Shown piece after piece: positions 1-13,299 of a DNA stretch of 64,000 bases (the stretch's first letter is position 1; each line of letters opens with the position of its first letter). The translations under genes were made by a program, and so were the position numbers. This DNA is from Octopus sinensis (lineage: Eukaryota), in the NCBI RefSeq assembly GCF_006345805.1, contig NC_043003.1:76570001-76634000 (forward strand). The letters run 5' to 3'. The notes under the pieces were generated by a model. That model was given only the letters and a program-made list of their open reading frames with translations, made no database searches and had not been told where the DNA came from.

Positions 1-1031
1 CCGTATTAGAGATCGCATTAAGCGAATTAGCGAAGTGTACGTGACGAGAGCAGCAATAAGTGGCAGTCTACTCTAAAAAGAAGTATGGAGTAGGATCAAT
101 AAAGTTCATAGACACAGAGAAAAATAGAGCAGGGAGTGATTTAGTTAAACGCTTAGAAGAGTCGCTTAAGAAAGACACTCCAACCGACGTTTTAGCGGTG
201 CGATTAACCTTCGAACAAGTATTCAAAGCGAAGAACGATTGCTCATTGTCACAGTTGAGGCACGTCTTCTAAAACACTTGAGGATTAAAGATGTTCAATG
301 AGTCGAATCAGACCCCAGTTGACCTCAATCAGATGTGAAGTGTTTTTCAGAAGCACTTCATTCGACTGGTCTACACAAAGAGTAGGCTGCAGCACAGGAT
401 GGATTTCAATCTCTGCCTCGGCGGCCTGCCACAATTCTCAGCAAGAGAAGTGGCGTAACACTAATGAGCCATACAGCTGCTGAATCAGGGATGGATTCGT
501 CGATTTGCGGCGTCCAAATACTCAAATTAAACTGTTCTTCCCCACGTGTTAACTTTAATATGCCAGTATCTTTCATCCAGTAATGAGGTATCAAGCCAAA
601 AGCTTGATAATCTATCCACACTCCGTGTCTCTTACAATTTCGTGTTACAGTGATATTGATGTGTAGTTGATCTTTTGTACTTTTTGTGTCTCTTCAACAC
701 CACTTTCGTTCTTCATGTAAACGTTTCCTTCTTTCGAACGCAATTGGGCCAGTCAAAAGGTTTCACATCTGAGAAAGACGTGATAAGTTTATAGTTACCG
801 ACCTCATCAACTTCACCAAATCGTCTTGTCAGATATTACAAATAACAAAACAATATCTTTCTCAAATTACATTCGACAGTCTTGAAATGCAACGACACCT
901 TGAACATAACATTTGGTATACATATTTATCCATTCGCCACCTATGGAGGCTTTTGGTACGTTGTTGATGATTTGTCGGCTTGACAAGGGCTGAGCTGCAG
1001 CTAAATACTAGAAACTTACAATATATACAAT

Positions 1032-1338
1032 GTTATTGTTTGTTCCTTCTCGAGCCATGCCTGATTCATAGGGCCGCTTTCCCGGTTTCCTTGGCGTATA
1101 GGTTCCCCGCCTGGACGAGACGCCAGCCCGTTGCAGGCGCGCTGCAAAATGCAGGAGGAAAGAGTGAGAGAAAGTTGTGGTGAAAGAGTCAGCAGAAGTT
1201 CACCATTACCTCCTGCCGGAGTTGTATGGAGCTTAGGTGTTTCGCTCATAAACACACACATCACTCGATCTGAGATTCGAACCCGCGATCCCTCGACCAC
1301 GAGTCCGCCTTTCTAACCACTAGGCTATGTGCCTCCAC
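1032..1338 (-). mobile_element. tRNA-derived SINE with V-domain-like 3' part
   Basis: Minus strand reads A box TAGCCTAGTGG and B box GGTTCGAATC, then a body AAACACCTAAGCTCC..CCGGCAG, then CCTGCAACGGGCTGGCGTCTCGTCCAGG. The last segment resembles the V-SINE domain as I recall it. Confidence 0.85.
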
Positions 1339-1971
1339 AATATATATTATAGTTATTTAAAAATATTTTGGACTCAAACACCACCAACCTGTAGTTGCTT
1401 TTTCAATTCTTATAGATAGCTAATATAGATTATCAGTCGTATAATGAGCTTTGTTCAACGGAAAATACTCAGTAACACATTCATTGCATAATGCGGTATT
1501 ATGTGGTGATAATATAATGCAGTGAATGAGCAAATATTAATTAATTAAAATGACACTTGTTATGAAGAAAAATTATCATTAGTTCCATGATAAAATGTTA
1601 TAGAATGACAAGAGATACAGTTAATAATCTGTTTTAACCAAGTATAACGCAACGAAATGGTACTTACAAATCTACTGTTATATCTAATATTTAGCAGTCA
1701 GAAAAAGCATGTGTCGAAAGAATATTTACACTGAAGATTGAATAATGATAATTATTAATTACTATATTAATTTAGGGAACTAACATTTGCATGCATATTA
1801 CATTCATGTACACATTTTAATTTTGGAAAAGGTGTGTACCGCACAAGCGCCATGCTAGATACAACACTGAGCATATCTGGTGCCACTCTTGATATTTAAG
1901 CTAGCGCATGCAGCTTTAAAAATCAACACCAAATATATCAAGTAGGATATGTATAACATATATGCGAATAT

Positions 1972-2334
1972 TTTCCTTTTAGTTGTTTCAGTAATGATAC
2001 TGCGGCCACGCTGGTGTACCGCCTTGTAGAAATTTTACTCGAATGAATCGATGAATCGACCCTGGGCGTATTTTTCTTAAAACCTGGTACTTAGTCTATT
2101 GCTGTTACGGTAACTAACAAACCAACTCCGATTATCAGGCGTTGGTGTGGACAAACATAAAGACACATACTGTATGTGCATATATAACGGGACTCTTTCA
2201 GTTTCTATTTATCAAATCCACTTCCAAGGTCATGGGCATCCCAGGACTATAGTAGAAGGCACTTGTCCAAGGTGTCACGTAGTGAGACTGAACCCGGAAC
2301 CATGCGGTTAGGAAGCAAACTTCTTACCACATGA
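1972..2334 (-). mobile_element. Abundant octopus-type tRNA-derived SINE (family A), diverged copy
   Basis: Reverse complement aligns by eye to the copies at 20891-21312 and 26940-27337 (head ..CATGGTTCCGGGTTCAGTC.., CCTTGG(G)CAAGTG.., tail GAAACAA..AAAAG). Confidence 0.85.
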
Positions 2335-2922
2335 CTACGATTGCAGATATTTTTCAAGATTCCCTCACAGATATGTGTAAAATTTCCATTAACAATTTTT
2401 ATTTGTCATTTGCATTCCTTCGTACCTTTGGCATGCAGTGCTACTTTGTTATCATGTAAGCAAGGCTACTGGGCTACAACCCTAACATTTTTTATGTTGT
2501 GTCAATCTAAGAAATTATTTTTAACACCATATCTCAAGTGATACTTTGAAATAACATCGTGAAATACCTTGCAATAATTATTGCTTAGCAACTTCGAATC
2601 GCTTCAAGGTTGACTAAACATCTGATTCGCGGGGATTTCGGTAAATACGAATCCAATCGATTACTGCATTCTATATAATCAGTTGTTCCCCCTCCTAAAA
2701 TGCATCGCCTTGAATCTTAGTTAGAAACCAGTATCGTTGACGTTAGTCTAAGGGAGAGGCAGGAATATTATAACGTCGAACAGAATAACTCTGAGGTATT
2801 TAGTTATGCTGTTTCACATTCTGCGTCGAAAAACCACCATTGTCAAATATGGCTGTTAGCTTTCCGGTTTTACGGAATAATATATATAAGCACTAGTTCT
2901 GGTATGAAACATATGCATACAT

Positions 2923-2924
<2 letters not shown>

Positions 2925-3005
<81 letters not shown>

Positions 3006-3013
3006 CATTAGTT

Positions 3014-3051
<38 letters not shown>

Positions 3052-3092
3052 TTAGTTCCATATATATATATATATATAATATATATATATAT
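2925..3092. repeat. (TA)n microsatellite with internal duplicated CATTAGTTCC motif
   Basis: Direct reading; the motif occurs at 3006-3015 and 3050-3059. Confidence 0.95.
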
Positions 3093-3499
3093 AGGTAACA
3101 TTGCCACAACAGGGTACTAATTTTTGCTGGGAATGGCAGTCGAAAACTGTTCGACGCTAGATAAAGCTTCACTGAATATATAGAGGCAAAGATGTGTGCT
3201 GGTGGCGAATATAAAAAGAAAGAATTCGCCCTACCTCTAGGAGGAACGCCAGAGAATTGGATAACCTAGTACTAGAGTTTCGAACTTTTCAGAATACGTT
3301 TGTTATCGTAAAATTTCGTAAAACAAGTAGGTCTACCGAAGAGACTAAATTTAAAATATTCGCTACATCAATGCCTCTATACACGGCCCAGGCATAAACA
3401 GAACCGAGATCAGTGAAAAGGTTTTATATAAAAACAAAAATATTCTTACAATACAATAATATTATTTTCTAGCGAAATAAAATACCGAAAAGATCGAAT

Positions 3500-3882
3500 T
3501 ATGCCAACCACATGGTCCCGAATTCAGTCCCACTGCGTGGTAACTTGGGCAAGTGTCTTCTACTATAGCATCGGGCTGACCAAATCCTTGTGAGTGGATT
3601 TGGTAGACAGAAACTGGAAGAAGTCCATCGTATATGTATATATATGTATATGTATGTGTGTATATGATTGTTTGTCTGTGTTTGTCCCCACCCCCAACAT
3701 CGCTTGACAACCGATGCTGGTATGTTTACGTCCCCATAACCTAGCAGTTCGGCAAAAGTGACCGATAGAATAAGTACTAGGCTTACAAAGAATACGCTCT
3801 GGGGTCGATTTGCTCGACTAAAGGTGGTGCTCCTGCATGGCCGTAGTCAAATGACTGAAACAAGTAATAGAGTAAAAGAGGA
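3500..3882 (+). mobile_element. SINE family A copy
   Basis: CCAACCACATGGTCCCGAATTCAGTCCCACTGCGTGG ... GATAGAATAAGTACTAGGCTTACAAAGAAT ... GAAACAAGTAATAGAGTAAAAGAG; collinear with the other family A copies. Confidence 0.92.
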
Positions 3883-4524
3883 AAGAGTACCAATTTTCAC
3901 GGATCTCGGTTCTAGCGTTGAACGGTTACCGACTGCTATTTCTAGCAATATGTGGTACCTTGTTATGCCACTATTCCCTATTTATAATTCTACCTTTACC
4001 GTGCTTTATTTCGATAGAAAATAATATTATTGTATTGTAATATTTGTATTTTCATATAAAGCTAAAAATACTAAATCCTCGACAGTTCGACCTCTCAATT
4101 CACCCCAACTCTTTTACGGGAAGTGATATGATTGAGTGTGATTATGTTGTATAAATTGTACAAGTTAATGTCACATGATTATTTGTCTATAGAAGCTGTA
4201 CTCCAATTTTGTCAGTTGTATATTTCTATGTATTTCTGATACCATCATTTATGATCATGTGGAATGTTTTTTTTTTATATGATAAACCTAGAAATATAAT
4301 GAGCACTGGTTTTGAATTTTTATAATTATTTCTCTAACGTACTCTGGTGTATATGAACCCTTTCTTAAGCGGTTCCAATACCATAATTTCAGTGTCTGTA
4401 GCAAGAGGTTGCTAGCTTTTGACTCAACCGTTCTGTATTTGTGGGGAGGGGAGGATCTCAGTCGACTCGTATCAAGGCTTTCAACGTACATCGGATTTGA
4501 TCACAAGAAACTGATACCGATTTC

Positions 4525-4685
4525 CCCTCTCTCTCTCTTTCTCTCTTCCTTTCTCTCTCTCTCTCTCTCCCTTTCATACACACACACACTCAATCTTTCC
4601 CTCTCTTTTTCTTTCTGTCTCCCTTTGTTTCTCACTTTCTCTGTCTTTCTCTCTCTCTCTCTTTATCTCTCTTCCTTTCTCTCTA
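4525..4685. repeat. (CT)n-rich low-complexity tract
   Basis: Direct reading. Confidence 0.9.
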
Positions 4686-5734
4686 GTCTGCTATTTTATA
4701 CATCTACTCGTGCAAGATGAACAGAAAGTTGATCCGACTTGTAGATACGAACTCATAGCTTAGAGAACCGAAACAAAATACGCCACGACATTCTGTCCAA
4801 TACTCAAATGATTATGACAATTCTTCATCAGGAACACTATATTTAGTTTAATATACTTGTCATGCTCCAGACGGACTGTTATATTTACAATACTCTTTAC
4901 AACACCGATTTCACTGTTTAAAAAATGGGTTATAGTTGCTATATGTGCATTGCCTATATTGAAATAGATTCTAGCAAATGTCTTGACAGCTGGAAAATAC
5001 TGTAATTATCTAAAACTTTTCTATCGCCATGTTTGAATACGATCACGAAGTTGGTGTTTTTCCTATCACTGAGTCTATATGATATTCCAATTATTACTGC
5101 AAAGTCGAGTATGTTCTGGAGTAGACCTATAAATCAGCTTATCTAAACTTCTCAAATATAGCTACTTAACTAACCTGTCACACACTTATATTTACCAAAT
5201 CTCATTTTTATGCCTACCAAAACCAGAACTTTCATATGACTGCAGACAGGTGTTTTCACTAAAAGTTAATTTCCTACAGTGCAAAAATAAAGTTCTGTAG
5301 AATTGAAAAATTCACCGTCGCAGTTGTCGTTACGAAAACATCAGGTAATTGAAACATTATTTAATTTTCTTGTCTTTTTTCTCTTCAAAATTTACCGTCT
5401 TTTCTTTCGTCTTTTAACCTTTTAAGTATTACCTTTAATATTACAAATTTAGAAACTTGCACACATTACCGGAAGAAAGTAGATGAATATGCAATGCATC
5501 TATCAGCTACTTAAATATTCAATTTCCTTTGCTGTGTCTGTGTGCTAAATCAAATTCTCACGCTTACGTGATTTGCTTTAAACCATTCTCCCCACTTACC
5601 TAAAAACATACACATTCTCAGCAAGATTCCACATTGGTTGGGTATTCTTTCGATAAAAAGAATGAAATGTTTTTTTCTCTGCATTTCCATCTAAACTTCT
5701 CTCTCTGTACTTATATCTAAACCACTGTCTTCCT

Positions 5735-5779
5735 CTCTCTCTCTCTCTCTCTCGCTCTCTGCCTTTCTGTATGTATGTA

Positions 5780-5827
<48 letters not shown>

Positions 5828-5876
5828 AGATATATATGCATATATATGTATATATATATATATATATATATGCATA

Positions 5877-5932
<56 letters not shown>

Positions 5933-6120
5933 ACATACACACACTCGCACACATTCGTTTATTCACTCCCTGATTCTCTCTCTCAATCTCTCTATCTCTA
6001 TCTCTGTCTTTCACTCTCTTTCTCTCAGTCTATCTCTATCTTTTTTTCTCTCTCTCTCCCTCTCCCTCTCTCTCTCATTCTCTCTCTCTTTCTCTCTCCC
6101 TCTCTCACTCTCTTCGCTTT
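5735..6120. repeat. Compound (CT)n/(TA)n/(CT)n microsatellite
   Basis: Direct reading; source of several (YI)n and (SL)n pseudo-ORFs. Confidence 0.9.
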
Positions 6121-6439
6121 CAATTTCTCGTAAATATCTTTCATACAACTAGACTGGAACCCTGTCAAATATCAATTATAATTCGTTTTATACTTTCTTC
6201 GCACGAATACGCCTGATTTTTCACTTTCATACTTCTGTACCTATCCAACGGACACGAAATGAAAAGATTTGGCAAGCAGTAAAAGGACTAATTTTTTCTT
6301 GTCACGCATCAACAGTAAAAACATTATTTGAAGAAACTTATCTTAGCCGTCAAATTCATTCTACATCGACATTAAAGAACTCGATAAAAATCGCCATAGC
6401 GTGTGTATATATGAGTAATTCTATGTGTATCTCTGTGCG

Positions 6440-6649
6440 TACTACATATATATGCACATAAATATGTGTGCGCTTGTATGCATGTGTATACATATATATA
6501 TATACATGTATGTATGTATTTGTGTGTGTGTATATATATATACGTATATATATATATATATATATATACATTCATACATACATACACATACACACACATA
6601 TACATATATATGTATATAATATATATTTTATACGTATGTATGAGTACAT

Positions 6650-6699
<50 letters not shown>

Positions 6700-6835
6700 C
6701 TATATATATATATATAATATATATATATATGGGGTTGTATAATGTTTATATGTCAATAAATATATATATTTATGTATGTATGTGCATTCGTGTACGTATT
6801 TCAGAATGTGTGCCTTTAAATACTAAGAGTATATA

Positions 6836-6869
<34 letters not shown>

Positions 6870-6871
6870 AT

Positions 6872-6913
<42 letters not shown>

Positions 6914-7050
6914 ACATGCGATAGGTGTTTGCGAGAGAGAGTATGTGTGTACTTGTGTGTTTGTAAGAATCTATATATATATGTATCTTTATGCACATGT
7001 ATGTGTGCGTGTATGTGTGGGTGTGTGGGTGTGCGCGCGCCTGTGTACGT
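6440..7050. repeat. Complex TA/CA/TG dinucleotide low-complexity region
   Basis: Direct reading. Confidence 0.9.
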
Positions 7051-7509
7051 GTAGATAAGTGGGGAGATATATTTCTGAGACACAAACATTAACACAAAAT
7101 ACCGAATGTTTCTTAGAGACAATTATTTTGATTTTAAATTGCGGCGGATATCTTTTATGTTTTTCTCTATGTTGTTTGTATAATTAAGTATTTTTATTAA
7201 TTATTCTATAACAGAAGAAATATTTCTACATTGATATTGCTGAGCGCTATTATGTTTACTTGCTATTTCTCGATATCTTTATTTCTTCATATTGATACAA
7301 ATGTAATACAGTAACGGCATAGTTGATGGTTCTTATGTTGTTGGCTTTTTTAACGCCATTGCTGCTTTCATTTAGAATAGCTATAAGCGAAATTGTTCCC
7401 TATTTCACTACCACAACTTTTTTCAGCCATTTTGTATCTAGGATGAGAATACCACAGTCTAGATACTACATTCTACCGATTTTATTGAAGCAGTATCTTG
7501 AACTGTGCA

Positions 7510-7590
7510 GGCGCTTGACTTGGTGGTTAGGGGTGTCGGACCCATGATCTTAAGATTGTGGTTTCGATTCTTGGACCGCCTGATACGTTG
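7510..7590 (+). mobile_element. Isolated tRNA-like SINE head
   Basis: GGCGCTTGACTTGGTGGTTAGG..GGTTTCGATTCTTGGACCG; homologous to the head at 7690. Confidence 0.7.
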
Positions 7591-7689
7591 CGTTTTTGCT
7601 CTTCCATCAGCACCATTACCCATCCCATCAACTATCAACAAACTCATGACTTAAAACCCACTAATTTTAGCGGTGTAACACTAGTGTGG

Positions 7690-7930
7690 GGGTGCGTGGT
7701 GTAGTGCTCAGTGTGTTGGACTGATGATCGTACAATTGTGGTTTCGATTCCTGGACCGGGTGACGCGTTGTATCCTTGAGCTAAACACTTCATTTCACGT
7801 TGCCCCAGTTCACTCATCTGGCAAAATTGAGTAATCCTGCAACGAACCGGTGTTCCGTCCAGTTGGGGAATATATACGCTAATAAGTCGGCAAACTGGCC
7901 CTTATGAGCCAGTACGATGCGAGAAGGTGT
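7690..7930 (+). mobile_element. tRNA-derived SINE: head + CORE-like domain + V-like tail
   Basis: A/B boxes, then TTGAGCTAAACACTTCATTTCACGTTGCCCCAGTTCACTCATCTGGCAAAATTGAG (CORE-like, shared with 57317-57652), then CCTGCAACG..CGTCCAG..TATACGC..GGCCCT..CGAGAAGG (shared with the 1032-1338 copy). Confidence 0.8.
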
Positions 7931-8189
7931 CTTTACAGAAAACTAGTGGATGTGACAATTAACACACTAGACATATTATCATCCAGTAGGTTGATATTAA
8001 TTACTAACAAGGACAGTATTTACTTTTGCAACCATAGTACACTACCTAGTATATTCAAGGTTCACATGTCAATACCGTATCTATGGTTTATCACTTAATG
8101 ATATAAGATTTGGCAAGCATTTTTAGCAGATCGTGTGACCACGTAGACCCTCCGTTGTTGGCTCCTTGTGCTACCGTTTATGGTAAAAC

Positions 8190-8239
8190 AGTAGTAGTAG
8201 CAGTAGTAGCAGCAGCAGCAGCACCAGCAGTAGTAGTAT

Positions 8240-8290
<51 letters not shown>

Positions 8291-8320
8291 CAGTAGTAGT
8301 AGTAGCAGCAGCAGCAGCAA
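8190..8320. repeat. (AGT)n/(AGC)n trinucleotide microsatellite
   Basis: Direct reading. Confidence 0.95.
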
Positions 8321-8689
8321 CGGACACTCGGCTATGCATGTCTGTCCTACTTTAGATCTACAGAAGGAAGAACAGAAAAAACACACTACATCTTTATATG
8401 AATTATACCTTTTAGTTAACCATTGGAAGCTATCTGGACTGAGCCGCCATGGTCTAGCAAACAACTAGCCCTGCACTCAATACGAAACACGATCCGAGTA
8501 CTTGATGTAATTATATAATCTTGTAATCTTGGTAATCGATTGTTTGATAATTTAATTATTTTAATTTAATTATAATTCAATCATCTGTTTGTATAATTTT
8601 CTTTACGGATTGTATTTTTATCGTTGTTATTACATCTACCATGATTACTGTCTCGTGTTTATCAGTACCACTGTTACTACAACGACATT

Positions 8690-8711
8690 TACTACTACTA
8701 CGACTACTACG

Positions 8712-8765
<54 letters not shown>

Positions 8766-8870
8766 GCTGCTGCTACTACTAATACTACTACTATAGCTGC
8801 TGTTGCTACTGATACTGTTATTACTTTTTGTTGTTATTGTTGTTCATGATGATGATGATGATGATGATGT
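8690..8870. repeat. (ACT)n and (GAT)n trinucleotide microsatellites
   Basis: Direct reading. Confidence 0.92.
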
Positions 8871-9549
8871 TTTCGCAATATAGTAAATAAGATTTTTGTT
8901 CCAATAGTTTGATTACAGTTTTCGAATACTCTATCGCAAACCAAAAACACACAAACACACACACACACACATACACACACACATACATACACACACAAAT
9001 CCACTATGTTTTCGCTTCTTACAGTGGCGACATTTAAAATCCACTTGTAGAGGTTTCTATTTACAAATAATTAGATTTGATTTCACCATTTATCAAGATG
9101 AGAATTGTCAGATAGAAAGTTCGAAGTACCGACACGTCTGTCGGTTAACTGGTGCATTATCGATTTGGCCATTTCCAAATTCTTCTTCAATTAACATTAT
9201 ACTAATGCCGGAGTTTTATAGCGCGTAGATGGCATCTACAAGTAGCCATCTACGAGATTGCTTAAACAACTAGACATCACGTCCTGTTCTGTTAGAAAAT
9301 GAGGACAATTGGTATTATTGCTTCATTGATAGTTACGACTAGGATACCTTAAATTTCATTCGTATTAAAAAGCTCTCATTATATCATAAATAATTTTCGA
9401 CTCATTTCGTAGGTGAAATGCAAAAATGAATCGAGTGGGCTTTTAAACCACAGAACAAAAGTAAGTTAAGAAAATACAGTAAAATATTTCGTCTGTCACA
9501 CAAAAGATCTGACACCTCTTGGCTAAGTGTTTTTTTTTTCAGCTATCTA

Positions 9550-9696
<147 letters not shown>

Positions 9697-9789
9697 CTCT
9701 TTTGGCGCCTTATTATTTAACAAAGCTACAGGTTCGATTTCCACTCGTTTAGTTAGTTATTTTTTTCTCTCCAGCCTTATTTTTTCTTT

Positions 9790-10560
9790 TAAATTGGAAT
9801 ATAAAATGTTGCTTTCACCCGAGGCTGGAGAGAAAGATACATGTTACGATTCTTTTCACACGTGTCAGCCACATGGCCTCCTTCGCTGTAGCCATTAAGC
9901 AGAGAAAAGTTGCCTGTCATCCCTTGTTGAAAAAAAAGCTGTGGAACAATCTTGATAATGGACTCGGTTGACAGCTATGCTCTTCCTGTGCGTGACAGCT
10001 GGTGTTCAACATAAGCCCATAGCTCTGATATCCGCGACCCTGCATGATCGCATGCAAAACAGTTTCACTGCTCTGCTCTCATCTCGGGCATGTTGGCGTG
10101 GTGGTACTCCCGTGTCTAAAGAGTTTATCTCGGACGAGTAGTGCACCTCGGTAGCACTGCCAGTCCAGGGATTTCTGGTAGTTATCGATAGGCGCCGGCC
10201 CAAAAGTCCTCCCGAACAGACCGGCAAGTTGACTGTCATCGAAATCCATGGTCACCCCTAGGACGTCCTCAGACTTGCCCGTTACTGACTCCCTATCGAA
10301 AGGCGAGGTGGATACCTGCCGTTCGTGTTTCCTGTTTGGGAGAGAAGCAAGAGAGCTTGATAGCACACTGCTTGCCAAACACCCAACCTAGGTCTACGCC
10401 TGATCCACGGGTTCATCTCACTAGAGGAGGTGCATGAGTTTGGGCGGCATCGGTCTGTTTCTCCAGGTGCTAAGGCGTAGGCCGACTGATTTGTCCTGGT
10501 TTATTTTTGCTCATGTCACCACTTCGTAATCTTTTGTGGTACCACCTACTTGTTGCAGGT
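9790..10560 (-). pseudogene. ORF2 C-terminal remnant (zf-RVT-like)
   Basis: NPWIRRRPRLGVWQ...SLDWQCYRGALLVRDKLFRHGSTTTPTCPR...ETVLHAIM...AKEAMW. Confidence 0.75.
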
Positions 10561-10599
10561 GATTGTCACCTCTCCATGGTGTAGTGTATGGGGTGAGAG

Positions 10600-11510
10600 A
10601 TGGGCTTGATATTATCATAGGAGTCCCCCTTTTTTAGATCCAATTTAGCAGCACTATGAGTCTTCGGTTTACAGAACTGGGAATGCTCCCATTTTTCTGC
10701 CACTTACGTCTAAACAAGTCTGGCATGTTGTAATAAAATTCGTAGGGTAGACCATCGAGCACCGGCGACTTATCGCTGACGCAGCCTGATAGGGCTACTT
10801 CCACCTACGCAGCTGTGATCGGCCCTTCCTACCCCGAGAGTTGCGGCAAGCCGTCGAGGAAGTCTGTGAAGTTCATCTGCGTCCTGTCGCCCCACTCGTC
10901 CCGAAAAGCTGAGCGAAATGTTGGTGAAAGATCTTACAAATTCCATTGAGTTCGTTTATTAATCGCCCCTGTTGGTTGACCAAAGACATTATGGTGGCAT
11001 CATTGCCACATTGAGACCCTACTACATGGGCCAATGGGGGTCCTTGATTCCCTCTTGTCCCATGGCACGTATCTTAGCTCTCACGATGCATCCATCTTGT
11101 TTGGCATTGAGGTGTTGGTCGAAGGCTAACCTTGCTGCCAGCACGAATGATGCGCTACCTGCCCCCATTGCCTCTTCTAGGGACCTAATTCTCTTTCTAC
11201 TCAATTTTTTCTCAAGTACTAATTCTATGCTAAACCTAATTGACTCAAATTTTATGACTCTTTTGAGGGCGTACCACCAGTTGTTATTTAAGATGGTGTC
11301 TATTAACGCTCTCTTAACTATAACTCGCTAATCCGTTACTGTATGCGTTACATGCTAGGAGCGATTTGTTTAGTTTCTAGTAACCGGAGGCCTCCCTAGG
11401 AAAGCTATCTACGGCAAGCCTACAGGTTACGAATTTGTGATGACCGGGGAAATATTTTTGAACGAGGCCAACGTCTTCCGGTTAATTTTTAGTTCTAAAT
11501 ATATATATAT
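10600..11510 (-). pseudogene. ORF2 remnant: APE endonuclease C-terminus, linker and RT N-terminus
   Basis: Hand translation across frameshifts gives the motifs listed for the parent element. The RT core (YADD region) is not seen. Confidence 0.75.
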
Positions 11511-11599
11511 TGTCAATATTGATGAATGAATTGTATTCTAGTATGTTCGGGTTTCGTGGACAGTATGAGGTGGGATATGTGGATTGTTATGTGTGAGTT

Positions 11600-12700
11600 C
11601 CATTAAGGTGGTATTGTTAGTATTGATCGCTGTAATGTTGATGATGGGTTTCCGGGTGATGGGTTAGTTGTTTGGAGCTTCAGTGTTGTAAGTGTTGGTG
11701 ACGGTGATTTTGTGTCAGTGGTGTTAATGTGTGTAGGGGAGGATTTTTTTTGTTTTACGTATGTTAATGATTTCCGTCCATTCATTTTGGTTGGCTTCAC
11801 TTCCTTTCTCGGGGTTTCCAGTTGGGTTTTTTTTCGGCGTTGTGCTGGATGCCGTCATTCTGTCTTCTTTTGGGATTTCAATTTGTGTGGCATTGTTGGG
11901 TGGAGGGATCACCGTTTGTTGTTGGTCTTGTGGGCAATCGTTTCTTATATGACCCTTTTGCCCACGTTTATGAAATCGTGCTTTTCTTCCCTCCACCATT
12001 ACTCTTAATGTGTTTCCATCAAGTAAAATTACCTGGTCTGATAGATCTTCGAGGTCTCTTTGGGTGGCCTGGATTATTAGTTCCAGGCCCTGACCCCACC
12101 AGTTTTGTTGGTGCAGCTTGGTCGCTTGGTACCTTGGAGGATAGTAATTCTACCCTCTATGTTCGACAAAACGGCTGCTACCAACCATCCACATCGATTT
12201 CTGGTGGGACCTCCCCTACCCTGATTGTCGAAGTTCGCTTTCCGAGACAAGTCGGCAGTATCACCATTTCTGCCAATTTTAGGGTTGTTGTGGAGTGTTT
12301 TTCCGCGGCTTCTTCGGAGGCGAACCTCACTTAAACAGTGCCATATCACTTTCCGCTTGCTGTGTATTTAGTTTCTTGCCAGATGGGTTGGAGACATTTT
12401 TCTATACCCCCTTTGGCTGCCATTTCAATTTCGTTTTGTCTTCAGTGATAGTGTTTTATATACGATTGTCTTTCATTGTGTGGTTGGTATTACATCCACC
12501 GGAGAATTTAGCTTAATGTTAGTGGCCTCTTTTAACAATTGGTTTTTACATTTTTCTCGTTCGCTTAGGCTTACTTGTATTTTTTCCAGGTTGACACTGG
12601 ATACGGAAGCGAAGTTGGTTTTTTGTTAACATATGGTTTGGTTGGTGAGTTTTTCATTAATGGCGGGTTTTTTCTACTTCCTCCTTTCGTGGCTTGGGAG
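11600..12700 (-). pseudogene. Gag-like ORF1 remnant with zinc knuckle (L1/Tx1)
   Basis: VRFASEEAAEKHSTTTLKLAEMVILPTCLGKRTSTIRVGEVPPEI...MVEGRKARFHKRGQKGHIRNDCP, a CX2CX4HX4C knuckle with two Cys mutated. Confidence 0.8.
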
Positions 12701-13028
12701 GAAAAGGAACATGCTGAACAACTTTTTTAATGTGCTTGTTTGGCTTACCTTTTGTTTGTACAAATTTCTATGTTTTTGCATGTAGAAATAATTTTAAACA
12801 CAAAAGAAAATAATAAAAATAACTCGCACCTAGATAGGAGAAATTCACAAAACAACCATGTTCAAGAGCAGAGAATGTTTCGAAAAGACACAGAAAACAA
12901 AATGGTAACAAACACTGGTAATAACAAGTAAAACAGCAAACCTACAGTTAACTCGCAGCAGCAAAAAGTATGTCCGTTCAGTAAAAGGCACTAAAAGAGA
13001 ATGAGTATCCCCAGATATATTAAAATAC

Positions 13029-13088
<60 letters not shown>

Positions 13089-13299
13089 CATACATATACA
13101 CACAGACATATATACATAGAGAGGTGTGTGAGAGAGTGAGAGAAAGAGAGTGCAGGCAACCTTGCGCGTGACACGCACCACAAAACCTCGCGCAGCATGC
13201 TGAATGGGATGCAACTTTGACATGATATTAACATACGTGATATCAGTTAACTCTCCGATTTGAGAAGGATGTCCTGGGTTGGTGTGTATTCTAGAATAT

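Larger units (their letters stand above)
9790..12700 (-). mobile_element. L1/Tx1-clade non-LTR retrotransposon, decayed and internally deleted
   Basis: Collinear minus-strand fragments: ORF1 with CCHC knuckle, endonuclease end (HHKFVTC..GY*KLNKSLL), linker (WWYALKR..LEEAM..GCIVRAK), RT entry (PITAA*V..DKSPVLDGLPYEFY), and C-terminal zinc finger (CYRGALLVRDKLFRHG...CPR..ETVLHAI). Confidence 0.85.

Noticed and set aside
5280-5344. Possible 65-nt host exon (CTACAG..CAG|GTAATT; AKIKFCRIEKFTVAVVVTKTS)
   Set aside because: Splice-like sites of this quality arise by chance; the peptide is unrecognised and no partner exons were found.
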